Of a stretch of 64,000 nucleotides of DNA, positions 9,059 to 18,561 are shown one piece after another (positions within the stretch are counted from its first letter, which is position 1; every line of letters starts with the position of its first letter). The notes beneath the pieces were generated by a model, which had not been told where the DNA came from, made no database searches, and was given only the letters and a program-made list of their open reading frames with translations. The stretch comes from an uncultured Gammaproteobacteria bacterium (GTDB lineage: Bacteria; Patescibacteriota; Microgenomatia; Levybacterales; GWA1-39-11), in NCBI GenBank assembly GCA_964425075.1, contig CAYRKM010000001.1, forward strand, positions 266,484 through 330,483, given 5' to 3'. Position numbers and translations under genes: made by a program.

Positions 9059-10201
9059 ATGATTAAACGTGCGACCAATGCGGTATTTTCTGTGTGGTTT
9101 GCACCCATTATTATGCGTGCAGGTAGTGTAAAAAACGAACAAGTAGAAGAGCTTTTAAAGGAAGCGAAGAAAAAGGGCTACATCACTCAGGAAGAAATCC
9201 TACAAAAATTCCCCAAACCCGAACATTTTCTTGAAGAACTTGATTATCTTTATGATCAACTTATCAAAAAAGATATTGATATCTTTGAGACTGTCGAGCA
9301 AGAAAAAGAAACCCACAAGTCAATTGAAGACCTTGAAAAAGAATTAGAGGCACTAAATCTTATCTCTGGTGGAGCAGTATCTGATCCCGTCAGAATGTAT
9401 CTTAAAGAAATTGGAAGAATTCCTCTTTTAACCTTTGAGCAAGAAGTTGACCTTGCAAAGAGACTTGAAGCAGGGGACGAGAGCGCTCGAAAGAAATTGG
9501 TTGAAAGTAATCTTCGTCTTGTTGTGTCAATTGCTAAAAAATACGTAGGCCGTGGTATGACTCTTCTTGATCTTATCCAAGAAGGAAATCAGGGTCTTAT
9601 TCGTGCAGTTGAAAAATATGACTGGAAAAAAGGATTTAAATTCTCAACTTATGCAACTTGGTGGATAAGGCAAGCCATCACTCGTGCAATTGCTGATCAG
9701 GCAAGAACTATAAGAATTCCTGTTCATATGGTTGAAAATATCAATAGAACAATGCGTGTGCAAAGACGTCTCATGCAAGAAATTGGAAGACAACCCACCC
9801 CTGAGGAAATTGCAAAAGAACTTGAAACCGATCCTGAAAAGGTACGTGAAATTCTAAAAATCTCACAGCAACCAGCCTCACTTGATACTCCAGTAGGGGA
9901 TGAGGAAGATAGTTATCTTGGAGATTTTATTTATGACACAACCGCACCAACTCTTTTTGACACAGCTTCTCGCGGGCTTTTGAAAGAACAATTAAATACA
10001 GTTCTCTCAACCCTATCTGATAGAGAAAGAAGAGTTCTTGAGGAAAGATTTGGACTTAAAGATGGTAAACCAAAGACGCTTGAGGAAGTGGGACGTATGT
10101 TTGCAGTAACCCGTGAACGTATCCGCCAAATTGAAGCAAAGGCTTTAAGAAAATTGAGACATCCATCCCGTGGAAATAAACTCCGCGACTACTTAGAATA
10201 G
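9059..10201 (+). CDS. rpoD: RNA polymerase primary sigma factor (sigma-70 family). True start may be an internal Met (e.g. MRAGS)
   Basis: Region 2 [29 protein letters not shown] and region 4 [29 protein letters not shown]. Confidence 0.9.
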   Translation: MIKRATNAVFSVWFAPIIMRAGSVKNEQVEELLKEAKKKGYITQEEILQKFPKPEHFLEELDYLYDQLIKKDIDIFETVEQEKETHKSIEDLEKELEALNLISGGAVSDPVRMYLKEIGRIPLLTFEQEVDLAKRLEAGDESARKKLVESNLRLVVSIAKKYVGRGMTLLDLIQEGNQGLIRAVEKYDWKKGFKFSTYATWWIRQAITRAIADQARTIRIPVHMVENINRTMRVQRRLMQEIGRQPTPEEIAKELETDPEKVREILKISQQPASLDTPVGDEEDSYLGDFIYDTTAPTLFDTASRGLLKEQLNTVLSTLSDRERRVLEERFGLKDGKPKTLEEVGRMFAVTRERIRQIEAKALRKLRHPSRGNKLRDYLE

Positions 10202-10323
10202 ACCCTCTGTATATCGCATTCTAGCAAGCACTTTTCAAGATCAAGATTTTTTTAAACTATTAACAAACAAAGAGCCATAATTTATATATTGCAATTTTCG
10301 TAGTTCGTACACTATACTTAATT

Positions 10324-11064
10324 ATGGGTTATTTCGGGAAAATTGAACTTAAAAATGAAGCTATCGCACTCCACCAAAAAGGCCTTTCCTATAACGAAAT
10401 TCTGAAAACAATTCCTGTTTCCAAAGACACATTAAGTCGGTGGTGCAGAGAAATTGAACTAACAAATGATCAAAAAGCAAGATTAATGACAAATAAAGAG
10501 AACGGCCAGAGAAAGGGCTCGCTTGTAGCAGCTGGTAATAAAAGGAGACAAAGAATAGAAAAAATTAAGAACATAAATATCTTGGCTAGAAAGGACATAG
10601 GTAAAATTTCAAAGAGAGATAATTTCATTTTTGGCCTAGCTCTTTATGCCGGAGAGGGAGGCAAAACCGATGGAAAAGGTACCTTCACCAACTCGAATCC
10701 CTTTTTTATTAAATTTATGTGTAAATGGTTAATGGAATATTGTGATTTAAATGCTAATAATCTAAAGGGGGCACTATGGATTCATGAAGAAAACGATGAA
10801 AAAGAAGCAAAAATATTTTGGTCAAATTTAACTGAAATTCCTATTATAAATTTCCATAAATCATACGTCGTTAAAAACAAAAATGGAGTTTATTATCGGA
10901 AAAATGTTCATCCATTTGGAGTTTTTTCTATACGATTTTACAATAGTGATTTACAAAGGAAAATAATGGGCTGGATTTCAGCTTTCTTAGATGATAAAAT
11001 AACTTCCACTCAAGAAATTGAGTCGATCCGCGATAGCTCAATGGTAGAGCAGGAAACTGTATAA
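10324..11064 (+). CDS. Hypothetical protein with N-terminal HTH and a single degenerate LAGLIDADG-like motif (possible free-standing homing-endonuclease relative)
   Basis: HTH-like LSYNEILKTIPVSKDTLSRWCRE. Motif FIFGLALYAGEGG resembles LAGLIDADG with a terminal acidic residue. Family assignment by eye only. Confidence 0.3.
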   Translation: MGYFGKIELKNEAIALHQKGLSYNEILKTIPVSKDTLSRWCREIELTNDQKARLMTNKENGQRKGSLVAAGNKRRQRIEKIKNINILARKDIGKISKRDNFIFGLALYAGEGGKTDGKGTFTNSNPFFIKFMCKWLMEYCDLNANNLKGALWIHEENDEKEAKIFWSNLTEIPIINFHKSYVVKNKNGVYYRKNVHPFGVFSIRFYNSDLQRKIMGWISAFLDDKITSTQEIESIRDSSMVEQETV

Positions 11065-11204
11065 CAATGCAGCCTCCGAGGGAAACATCGGAGTGAATAA
11101 CTGGGCTAATTCGGGGAAACCCTGAGACAATTGAAGGGCAATCCCGAGCTAAATTCCGCCAAATGGCGAGATAAATGTGTAGAGACTATATACCCAGGAC
11201 CTAA

Positions 11205-11305
11205 TTCGCCAAGATGGTGAAATGGTCATAAGATAGTCCAAGCCTTTTAGTAATAAAAGGGTCCTTGTAATTTCAAGGTTCTAGGTTCGAATCCTAGTCG
11301 CGGAG
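11205..11305 (+). tRNA. tRNA-like element with canonical T-arm and 3' acceptor strand. Full cloverleaf not resolved (possible intron-containing, aberrant or remnant tRNA)
   Basis: CTAGG-TTCGAAT-CCTAG T-arm at 11281-11297, followed by 7-nt acceptor strand TCGCGGA plus discriminator G. Upstream TTCGCCA pairs 6/7. A D-arm-like ATGG-TGAAATGG-TCAT with a GG pair is present. Total length about 101 nt is too long for a standard tRNA and the anticodon arm is non-canonical. Confidence 0.35.
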
Positions 11306-11345
11306 CAAATTGACACCAAGGTCTAAAAAGACTATAAATTAGTTA

Positions 11346-12092
11346 ATGAAAAAGCTGATTCCCGTTATAGTAATTTTGCTGATTATTCTTGTAGCAGGCT
11401 TTCTTTTCGTAAGTAACTCCTTTTCACCCCTAACTCCTGAGTCGAAACAAGTGAATAGAGACATAGTTAATGCCTCTTTTTCAAATCCTACTAAAAGTGC
11501 TCATTATGAAAGCAATACCCCCGAACACGGCTCAACCCTAGCGGGTGTACCAATAAATGTAGTTATAAATTTTAATTTTGACCTGGCCGCACCATCTGAA
11601 ATCAAAATTGAAAAAGACGGAGAAGAATATGGAAGTGGCAATACAGAAATTGATGAGAATAAATTGTCTATGAGAAGAGGGATGAGAAGTGATTCCCCTA
11701 ATGGAATTTATACTGTGAATTACAAGGCGTGCTGGCCAGACGGCAGTTGCCATGACGGAAGTTTTCAGTTTGCAATAGACAGAACACGAGAATCTTCATA
11801 CGAAGATCTGACTGGACAAAAGGAAATTACAATCGAAATGAGTGAAATACAGTTTAAATCTATGAATTTGAAAATCAGCAAAGGTACTAAAGTAACTTGG
11901 ACCAATAATGATGATGTTGAACATTATGTTAATACGGATTCTCACCCAGCACACACATACTTCCCTGTACAAAACTCTAAAGCACTAAAGACTGGGGACA
12001 CTTATTCTGCTATATTCACCGATGTGGGAATTTACCCCTATCACTGCTCGGCTCATGCGGACTCCATGATTGGCTCAATACTAGTACAGTAA
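11346..12092 (+). CDS. Membrane-anchored copper-binding protein: CopC-like domain fused to a cupredoxin (type 1 Cu) domain
   Basis: N-terminal TM. Middle region has CopC-like beta pattern. C-terminal ...YHCSAHADSMIG (Cys-x2-His-x3-Met) with upstream His typical of the cupredoxin ligand set. Confidence 0.5.
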   Translation: MKKLIPVIVILLIILVAGFLFVSNSFSPLTPESKQVNRDIVNASFSNPTKSAHYESNTPEHGSTLAGVPINVVINFNFDLAAPSEIKIEKDGEEYGSGNTEIDENKLSMRRGMRSDSPNGIYTVNYKACWPDGSCHDGSFQFAIDRTRESSYEDLTGQKEITIEMSEIQFKSMNLKISKGTKVTWTNNDDVEHYVNTDSHPAHTYFPVQNSKALKTGDTYSAIFTDVGIYPYHCSAHADSMIGSILVQ

Positions 12093-12304
12093 AAGTTCCG
12101 AAATTCGTCCATTAGGCGGAGTACTTGTAGGTTTGACAATAAAATTTCACTACACTAGATTGGATTATAAGGATAGAGTATATTTAAAATCACTGCTAAT
12201 CAAGTGTGGATAAAATAAGTTCTCGAATTTTTGTATTCGACGTAGCAAATAAAATTAACCCCACTTGATGCAAACCCGGTTAGTGGTTTGACATTACGCT
12301 TTAT

Positions 12305-13579
12305 TTGTATACTATATATCTAATGAGAAAAAAGAGTAAGTCTTCTAAAAATTGGTTGTGGGGTGTAGTTTTACTTTTTTCCCTCTCCCTTACCCTTATA
12401 GTCTTCTATTCCACAAGCATAGATGGTGATCTCAGATCTGAAGCAAGTACAGTTCAGCCTGTGGGTCAGACAGGAAATTGGAATCTCATCTTTAATGACG
12501 AATTTAATGGGTCAGCGCTTGATACGACCAAATGGGTTACTTGCTATTCATATAGTCTAAGTGATAATGGATGCGGGCACAGCAATGGAGAACTACAATA
12601 TTATCTACCAAGAAATGTTACCGTTAGTTATGGCACAGTCAAATTGAGAGGAAAAAAGGAAACCTACGTTGCTCCTGATGGCAAAACCTACAACTATACA
12701 TCAGGAATGATCTCAACAGGCAGAAATAAATTGGATACGTCAATGCCCGCCAAATTCAAATATCAATACGGGTATGCCGAAATGCGGGCAAAAGTACCAA
12801 AGGGGAAGGGGTATTGGCCGGCATTCTGGATGTTACCATTTAGTGATACAGATCCCAACAAATGGCCGCCAGAGATTGATGCTATGGAAATTCTAGGAGA
12901 CAAGATTTCTACAGTATATATGTCGCACCATCACAAAGACTTGTCAGGAAATCTTGTCACGGATACAAAAAGCTGGGTTGGTTCGGATTTTTCTACAGGT
13001 TTTCATGTCTACGCAGTTGATTGGGAACCAAATGCTATCAGGTGGTATGTTGACGGGGTAGAGAGGCGAGTAGCATATACAGATACTACATGGATTCCGG
13101 CAGAGCCAATGCATCTTTTAGCAAATTTGGCAATCGGCGGAGATTGGCCGGGATCACCGGATAGTACAACATCTTTCCCCAGAAATTTTGAAATTGACTA
13201 TGTTCGTGTTTGGCAAAAAGCGCCTGACGCAACAAGTCCTACTCCAACACCCACTTCCGCTGTCACCCCAACACCCACCCCAACACCTACCCCCTCAGAC
13301 ACAACGCCTCCTAGTGTTGCAATTACGTCTCCTCTTAATAATGCTACTGTGCGGCGTTGGTGGACTACGAATATTACCGCTTCCGCCTCAGACAATGTCA
13401 GCGTAAAAAAGGTGGAGTTTTATGTAGGCAATATTCTCAAGTGCACAGACACCACATCTCCTTATTCTTGCGCTTGGTCAGTTCCTTATACCACCTCTTC
13501 TTATTATTTAAAAGCCAAAGCCTATGACGCAGCAGGCAATAATGCTGAATCTACTCAAATAACTGTCTTTGCTAAATAA
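12305..13579 (+). CDS. Secreted glycoside hydrolase family 16 (beta-glucanase/laminarinase-like) with Pro/Thr linker and C-terminal Ig-like domain
   Basis: GH16 catalytic motif EIDAMEILG (ExDxxE). N-terminal TM/signal. PTPTPT linker. Confidence 0.7.
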   Translation: MYTIYLMRKKSKSSKNWLWGVVLLFSLSLTLIVFYSTSIDGDLRSEASTVQPVGQTGNWNLIFNDEFNGSALDTTKWVTCYSYSLSDNGCGHSNGELQYYLPRNVTVSYGTVKLRGKKETYVAPDGKTYNYTSGMISTGRNKLDTSMPAKFKYQYGYAEMRAKVPKGKGYWPAFWMLPFSDTDPNKWPPEIDAMEILGDKISTVYMSHHHKDLSGNLVTDTKSWVGSDFSTGFHVYAVDWEPNAIRWYVDGVERRVAYTDTTWIPAEPMHLLANLAIGGDWPGSPDSTTSFPRNFEIDYVRVWQKAPDATSPTPTPTSAVTPTPTPTPTPSDTTPPSVAITSPLNNATVRRWWTTNITASASDNVSVKKVEFYVGNILKCTDTTSPYSCAWSVPYTTSSYYLKAKAYDAAGNNAESTQITVFAK

Positions 13580-13662
13580 TATCTACTTAGCGCGTTCCAT
13601 GAGGGTAGACCTTCGTTAACTTCTATAAATCGCCGCTCAAGCAAATTTGATATAATTAATTC

Positions 13663-13968
13663 GTGTCAAAGAACCCCATAATTAATGCCCTGAGCGCTGC
13701 AGGCTATATAACCCTCGTTGTATCTCTCATTAATTTCATATCTATAACTCACAGCAACAAACCAGATACAGCTTTTGCACCAGTTGTGTTCTTATCACTA
13801 CTAACACTCTCTGTTACGGTAATGGCCTATTTGTTTTTTTACCAGCCACTTCAGCTTTTTATTGAAGGGCACAAAAAAGAAGCTGTAAATTTATTTGTTA
13901 AAACTGTTGGTGTCTTCGCAGCTTTTACTGCAATAGCTTTACTCCTGCTTTTTTCAAACGTTATTTAG
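13663..13968 (+). CDS. Small hypothetical membrane protein (3 predicted TM)
   Basis: ORF with hydrophobic helices only; no recognisable motif. Confidence 0.4.
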   Translation: MSKNPIINALSAAGYITLVVSLINFISITHSNKPDTAFAPVVFLSLLTLSVTVMAYLFFYQPLQLFIEGHKKEAVNLFVKTVGVFAAFTAIALLLLFSNVI

Positions 13969-14090
13969 TGGTTTTAGATTCATCCATCAGGGGAAACCAA
14001 GTTTTAAACCTCAACCCGATTGAATAGGGTCCAATTTTTAAAACTCACGAGTTAAGTCTTTAAATATTTGGCATTTGATACAATTAAATC

Positions 14091-14459
14091 ATGGGTATTA
14101 CAATTTTTTTGGCAAGATTTTGGGGAAGCCTATTTATTATTCTTGGGTTATCAACTGTTTTGAAAGGATTTTTGGGTAAAGTAATTACTTATACGGAGGA
14201 TAAAACCATAACCGTCTCTACCGGGTATATTACTTTCTTGCTAGGACTTGCCACTGTTGTAGCCCACAACGTATGGGCGCTAGACTGGAGGGTATCAATT
14301 ACTATTTTGGGGTGGGCAACATTATTTAAAGGTATCGAGAAAATTGTATTCCCCAATCGCATAAATAAAGTAGCACAAAAGTTTAAGGCTGATCAGTCAC
14401 TTTGGGGTCTTGTTATTCTTCTAATCGGTGCTTGGTTCTTCTGGATGAGTTTTCAATAA
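14091..14459 (+). CDS. Small hypothetical membrane protein
   Basis: 4 hydrophobic segments; no motif. Confidence 0.4.
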   Translation: MGITIFLARFWGSLFIILGLSTVLKGFLGKVITYTEDKTITVSTGYITFLLGLATVVAHNVWALDWRVSITILGWATLFKGIEKIVFPNRINKVAQKFKADQSLWGLVILLIGAWFFWMSFQ

Positions 14460-14574
14460 TCTTCTCGGTGTTTCCCATGAGGAAAAATATTAACTAGCAC
14501 TTGTTATATTATATTTTAGTATGTAGGTTTTCCTTACTTAAATTGCATACCTAACCCAATGCTATAATCTACCT

Positions 14575-15051
14575 ATGAATAGTTTAAATATTAGAAAAGC
14601 AAGGAGATCTGATTTGAAAAAAATTCAGGAGTTAAATTATCAGCTATTCGTTCACGATAAGGTTTATGACTTAACTCTTAACATAAATTGGCCATACGAA
14701 AAAGTTGGGGAAGAATACTTTAAAGACAGAATAGGTGGCAAGAATGGAGTCTGTTTTGTAGCAGAAATTAAGGACGAAATCGTCGGATATTTGGCGGGTG
14801 CACTGACTAAGCCCTACTCGTATAGAAATGTAGGAAATTTGTCAGAACTAGAGAATACTTTAGTTAAAGAAGAATTTCGTGGTAAAAAAATTGGAGAGGA
14901 ATTATTTAAGGAATTTTTGAAGTGGAGCAAAGAAGAGGGAGCAGTAAGAATAAAAGTTAGCGCTTCTGCCGATAATTCTAGGGCTATCAAATTTTATAAG
15001 AGAATTGGATTTGTCCCCTACGTTGCAGAGATGGAATACGAAATAAAATAA
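14575..15051 (+). CDS. GNAT-family N-acetyltransferase
   Basis: Acetyl-CoA binding motif region RGKKIGEELFKEF...AVRIKVSASADNSRAIKFYKRIGF. Confidence 0.7.
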   Translation: MNSLNIRKARRSDLKKIQELNYQLFVHDKVYDLTLNINWPYEKVGEEYFKDRIGGKNGVCFVAEIKDEIVGYLAGALTKPYSYRNVGNLSELENTLVKEEFRGKKIGEELFKEFLKWSKEEGAVRIKVSASADNSRAIKFYKRIGFVPYVAEMEYEIK

Positions 15052-15079
15052 TCTTAATAATTAAATTGGTTAAAATAAC

Positions 15080-16477
15080 TTACTTTTTCCTCTCGAATAT
15101 ATACTGATCATTGGTCTTGTAGATAATTTTGTAATTCGGGTCTTTTAATAACCTTGAAAAAATTTCTTCTACGTTTTTGGTTTCCAGAAAGTTATTTGGA
15201 CTTTGACCGGAACGCAAATCCATCAAAATATAATCAGGTTTTACTTTATAGTAGTCAAGTCTTAGTAATTGCACTGGTTGATGAGAAAATCTTGCTGCCA
15301 AGTTGTTATGTGTTGCCACAGATTTGTCTTTTGGTATTTTTCTAATCATAGTATTCAAAAACTCAAAGTCCTTAGTGTGTTGGTAAAAAACAGGATTTAG
15401 AGCAAGCATAAATGGCCCATTTAATATAAATCTGAAGAGAACAAAAGAGTTTATTATCATAAAAATCCCAAAAAGAGTACTGTATTTTTTTATAAGTTTT
15501 ATCTTTAATAAATGTTTTAACCCAAAAACAGATGCGACAGAAAGTAGCACTGCTGACTGGGCGTTATAATGCATTGCCAAATCCCAACGTATCATAAAAT
15601 TTAGAGGCAGAAAACGACTCGCATAATCCTGAAGAATTGCAAGATAAAATTGGGGCGAGAGAAGTGGAAGGAATGAAAAACTTAAAAAACTATAAAATAA
15701 TGTTCTTTGCTTTAGTGGATGGTCAACTAACGCTAGAGCGTTGTTGATAATCCCATCCGGAAAAGCTGTTGCGTATAAATATCCGCCTGAAGAAAAATAA
15801 GGAAGGATAACCCTAAAGGCAACAATTCCCCATAAAAGAGAAAGTAAAATAGTAAAAATGCCATACATTCTCCATTCTTTTTTAAGAAAAAACAGTGCTA
15901 TGCCTATGCCCACACCTAGCGCAAATGTTGTTTCCTTAAAACCAAGAGCAATAATGAGCGCAACAAAGTAAATGATTGGCTTTTTTTTGACAACTGAGAA
16001 AAACGCAACCATGAGGGGAAGAGTCATAATCGTAAGTTCGTGAAATTCTGTAATGACTGCATTTTGAAGTCCTACAAATAGAAAATAACTGGAAAGAATA
16101 GATAATGATAAAAATTTATTTTTTAAAACGCTTTTTGAGAGTTCATAAAGGAAAAGCCCACTTAACCCAACTACCAGTGCTTGAAAGATAAGCAACATCT
16201 CACTTTTGTCAGTTAACCAATAAAGAGGAGATATAAGAAAAACACTAGGCGTTACATGGTCTCCCAAAACATTAATTTTTCCGTGTACAAAATGGTAAAC
16301 AATTGGCTCCTGAAATCTTGAAACTTGCCAAATCGCCTGGTCATATTGCCCAAAATCAACATATGTTACCTCGTATTGCCAATAACGATGCAAAGACACA
16401 ATACTGCCAACAAAAATAAAAAGGGCACAGAGAAAATATGCTATAAAATCAACGTTAGGCTTTTTCCAAAACCTCAT
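15080..16477 (-). CDS. Polytopic membrane protein (DUF2079-like / putative glycosyl- or arabinosyl-transferase family)
   Basis: 465 aa with more than 10 hydrophobic helices. The type is common in CPR envelope biogenesis loci. No catalytic motif verified. Confidence 0.4.
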   Translation of the reverse strand: MRFWKKPNVDFIAYFLCALFIFVGSIVSLHRYWQYEVTYVDFGQYDQAIWQVSRFQEPIVYHFVHGKINVLGDHVTPSVFLISPLYWLTDKSEMLLIFQALVVGLSGLFLYELSKSVLKNKFLSLSILSSYFLFVGLQNAVITEFHELTIMTLPLMVAFFSVVKKKPIIYFVALIIALGFKETTFALGVGIGIALFFLKKEWRMYGIFTILLSLLWGIVAFRVILPYFSSGGYLYATAFPDGIINNALALVDHPLKQRTLFYSFLSFSFLPLLSPQFYLAILQDYASRFLPLNFMIRWDLAMHYNAQSAVLLSVASVFGLKHLLKIKLIKKYSTLFGIFMIINSFVLFRFILNGPFMLALNPVFYQHTKDFEFLNTMIRKIPKDKSVATHNNLAARFSHQPVQLLRLDYYKVKPDYILMDLRSGQSPNNFLETKNVEEIFSRLLKDPNYKIIYKTNDQYIFERKK

Positions 16478-16534
16478 ACATTTATTATGACGGGAAGCGC
16501 TATTTCTGCAAGAACCTTTTGATATAATTACTAT

Positions 16535-16810
16535 ATGAAAATTGAGCCCATTGCGATATTGAAAACAGACGATAGAGGAGTTATTTACAGAATTGAATCT
16601 ATTAATTACATCGTACGGAAAAAGGGGACAATTTCAGCTGACCATACTCATCCAGAGGAAGAAACTTTATATCTTATTGAGGGAGAAGTTAAATTAACAA
16701 TTGGTGAAGAAACAAAAAATATTGTGTCACCTATAAAAGTTAGTATCCCTTCAGGAATTTATCACAAACTTCTTGCTTTAACTGACATTAAACTGCTTGA
16801 ATTCAAATAA
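16535..16810 (+). CDS. Small cupin-fold protein
   Basis: HTHPEEETLYLIEGEV...IPSGIYHKL resembles cupin motifs 1 and 2. Confidence 0.4.
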   Translation: MKIEPIAILKTDDRGVIYRIESINYIVRKKGTISADHTHPEEETLYLIEGEVKLTIGEETKNIVSPIKVSIPSGIYHKLLALTDIKLLEFK

Positions 16811-16862
16811 TTCATCCTTCAAAGCGTGAGTTTTTTACCTCTTTTTGCTATAATTCACCCCT

Positions 16863-17489
16863 ATGACTCAAGAAAGACAAGAAGGGCAACCAGAGCGTAT
16901 CCCATCAGATGGATTAACTCTTGAACAAGACATTGCTCTCGAGGGTTTATTAAAACTATGGGAGGGAGGAAGACTCTCTGCGGAAGTATTCACTGAAATT
17001 GCAAGACTTATCCCACAACCCATTATCGAAGTGGTTGTTTTAAGAAATAATTGCGGCATTATTGAAACACTTCTTCTTCCAAGACCCAAGGATGAGAAAG
17101 TAAAGCAGTGGGAAGATAAATACCATACACCAGGAAGTGCTTTAAGAAATAGTGATGTTAAAAAAGAGACAAATAATGACCTCAGTGGGCCCTTTGAAAG
17201 AGTTGAAAGGGGTGAGCTAGGGACTAAGTTTGCTTATCCTCCAAAATTTGGTTGGTTTACTGTGAGAAAAGGAGATAGAAGCGTAGAGATGGTACAAGCA
17301 TACTACACGGAACTTGAAAAAGGCGCAGATATAAAACCAGGACACATTTGGTATCCTGTGGATATGCTTGCTGGAAATGAACTTTTCCTACAACATCAAC
17401 TAGAGCATGTTGTAATGACCGCTGAAGCTTTTAGGGAAAGTGTGCTTGAAAGAGAAATGCGCAACCAAAAAGAATTATTTTTACAGTAA
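16863..17489 (+). CDS. Hypothetical protein
   Basis: 208-aa ORF with good coding potential; no recognisable motif. Confidence 0.4.
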   Translation: MTQERQEGQPERIPSDGLTLEQDIALEGLLKLWEGGRLSAEVFTEIARLIPQPIIEVVVLRNNCGIIETLLLPRPKDEKVKQWEDKYHTPGSALRNSDVKKETNNDLSGPFERVERGELGTKFAYPPKFGWFTVRKGDRSVEMVQAYYTELEKGADIKPGHIWYPVDMLAGNELFLQHQLEHVVMTAEAFRESVLEREMRNQKELFLQ

Positions 17490-17497
17490 AGCGATAA

Positions 17498-18493
17498 TTA
17501 TGGAGTGGCGGAGCAATATATTTTTCCTCCTCGAAGTTCAGGACTAAATTCCATCAATGCAAGTATTGCAACAACGGTGTGATGAATTCTTACACCATCT
17601 GGCTCGCTTTTATCCCCCCAACTTCCATCCGAATTCTGAAGCGAAATTAGTCTTTCGTGAAGCTTTTTCATTTTCTGATCTGAGTTAATACCGAGCAACT
17701 TTTTACTTAATAGAATCTCTGACAATATATCTGCTCTAAATGGAGATATTTCTTCCTCTTTCATAAAAACATCAATCGCTTTATCAAGACCTTCCAATTC
17801 TTTTTTATATTTATTTCTATCTAAATATTTTCCGTAATAATCAGACTCTGTAAAAATTATGTGAGTTAAAGCATAAAGATAAGGGTTATAATCCTTCCCG
17901 GTAGGGTCACTTAAGAGACTGTCTTTTGATCTAATTTCAGAAATTACCGATTGATATAAATTATTCGTATCTATTCCCAACTCTTTTATTAAATAGAAAA
18001 ATACAATTTTTTGACTAAGGTCAATTTCTCTTGAAAACATTTCATCTCTATTAATGTCAATAAATTTTTTAACAATTTGTGCATCAGCCCTGTATTCTTT
18101 ATCTAAACATTTCCTTCTCAACAAATCCTGCACAACTGGTCTTAAGATCCTTAAATCAAGATGTTTCTTATCATTAATATCAATATTTGTGTCACCTTGG
18201 GGAATCCCTTTGCCCTTTTCATTAATGATTGTAGATAGTTTTAATGCAAGAGTCTTGTCGTTTGTGGTTTTGTAAATCTGCATAAGATAAGCAACATACG
18301 TCCTTGTTGACACTCTGCCTTCTTGGGCAATTAACCAACCGACGCCATTCTTTACTGATTCATCTTTTTGGTTTTGAGAAATAGGTGTTTTTAAAAAATT
18401 CTTTAATTCACTAAAATTTTTTTGTAACAAAAAAAGTCCAAAAAAGAAGAGTAGAGCCGCCACAACTATCAAAATTTTCCTACGTCTTTTCAT
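17498..18493 (-). CDS. Membrane-anchored protein with prenyltransferase/squalene-oxidase-type (alpha-alpha toroid) repeats
   Basis: N-terminal TM. Repeats with QxxDGSW-like pattern (LQNSDGSWGDKSEPDG, GVGWLIAQEG). Confidence 0.4.
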   Translation of the reverse strand: MKRRRKILIVVAALLFFFGLFLLQKNFSELKNFLKTPISQNQKDESVKNGVGWLIAQEGRVSTRTYVAYLMQIYKTTNDKTLALKLSTIINEKGKGIPQGDTNIDINDKKHLDLRILRPVVQDLLRRKCLDKEYRADAQIVKKFIDINRDEMFSREIDLSQKIVFFYLIKELGIDTNNLYQSVISEIRSKDSLLSDPTGKDYNPYLYALTHIIFTESDYYGKYLDRNKYKKELEGLDKAIDVFMKEEEISPFRADILSEILLSKKLLGINSDQKMKKLHERLISLQNSDGSWGDKSEPDGVRIHHTVVAILALMEFSPELRGGKIYCSATP

Positions 18494-18561
18494 TCACTTA
18501 CAATCATAACAGCAATTTAGCCCTTACTTATAGATGCCTTCCTATTATGCTATATTGAAAT

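Noticed and set aside
10202-10323. Search for a tRNA 5' exon upstream of ORF 10324..11064 (group I intron-in-tRNA hypothesis)
   Set aside because: No sequence able to pair with the 3' acceptor strand TCGCGGA was found in this interval, so a split tRNA with an ORF-bearing intron is not supported by the sequence.
12093-12304. Possible sigma-70 promoter TTGACA...TATACT upstream of the GH16 gene
   Set aside because: Spacer length by my count is 14 nt, outside the functional range. Left as unconfirmed rather than listed as a feature.
13188-13406. Two ORFs (both strands) within the GH16 gene
   Set aside because: They fall in the Pro/Thr linker (repetitive ACN/CCN codons) of the GH16 protein and are open in several frames by composition alone.
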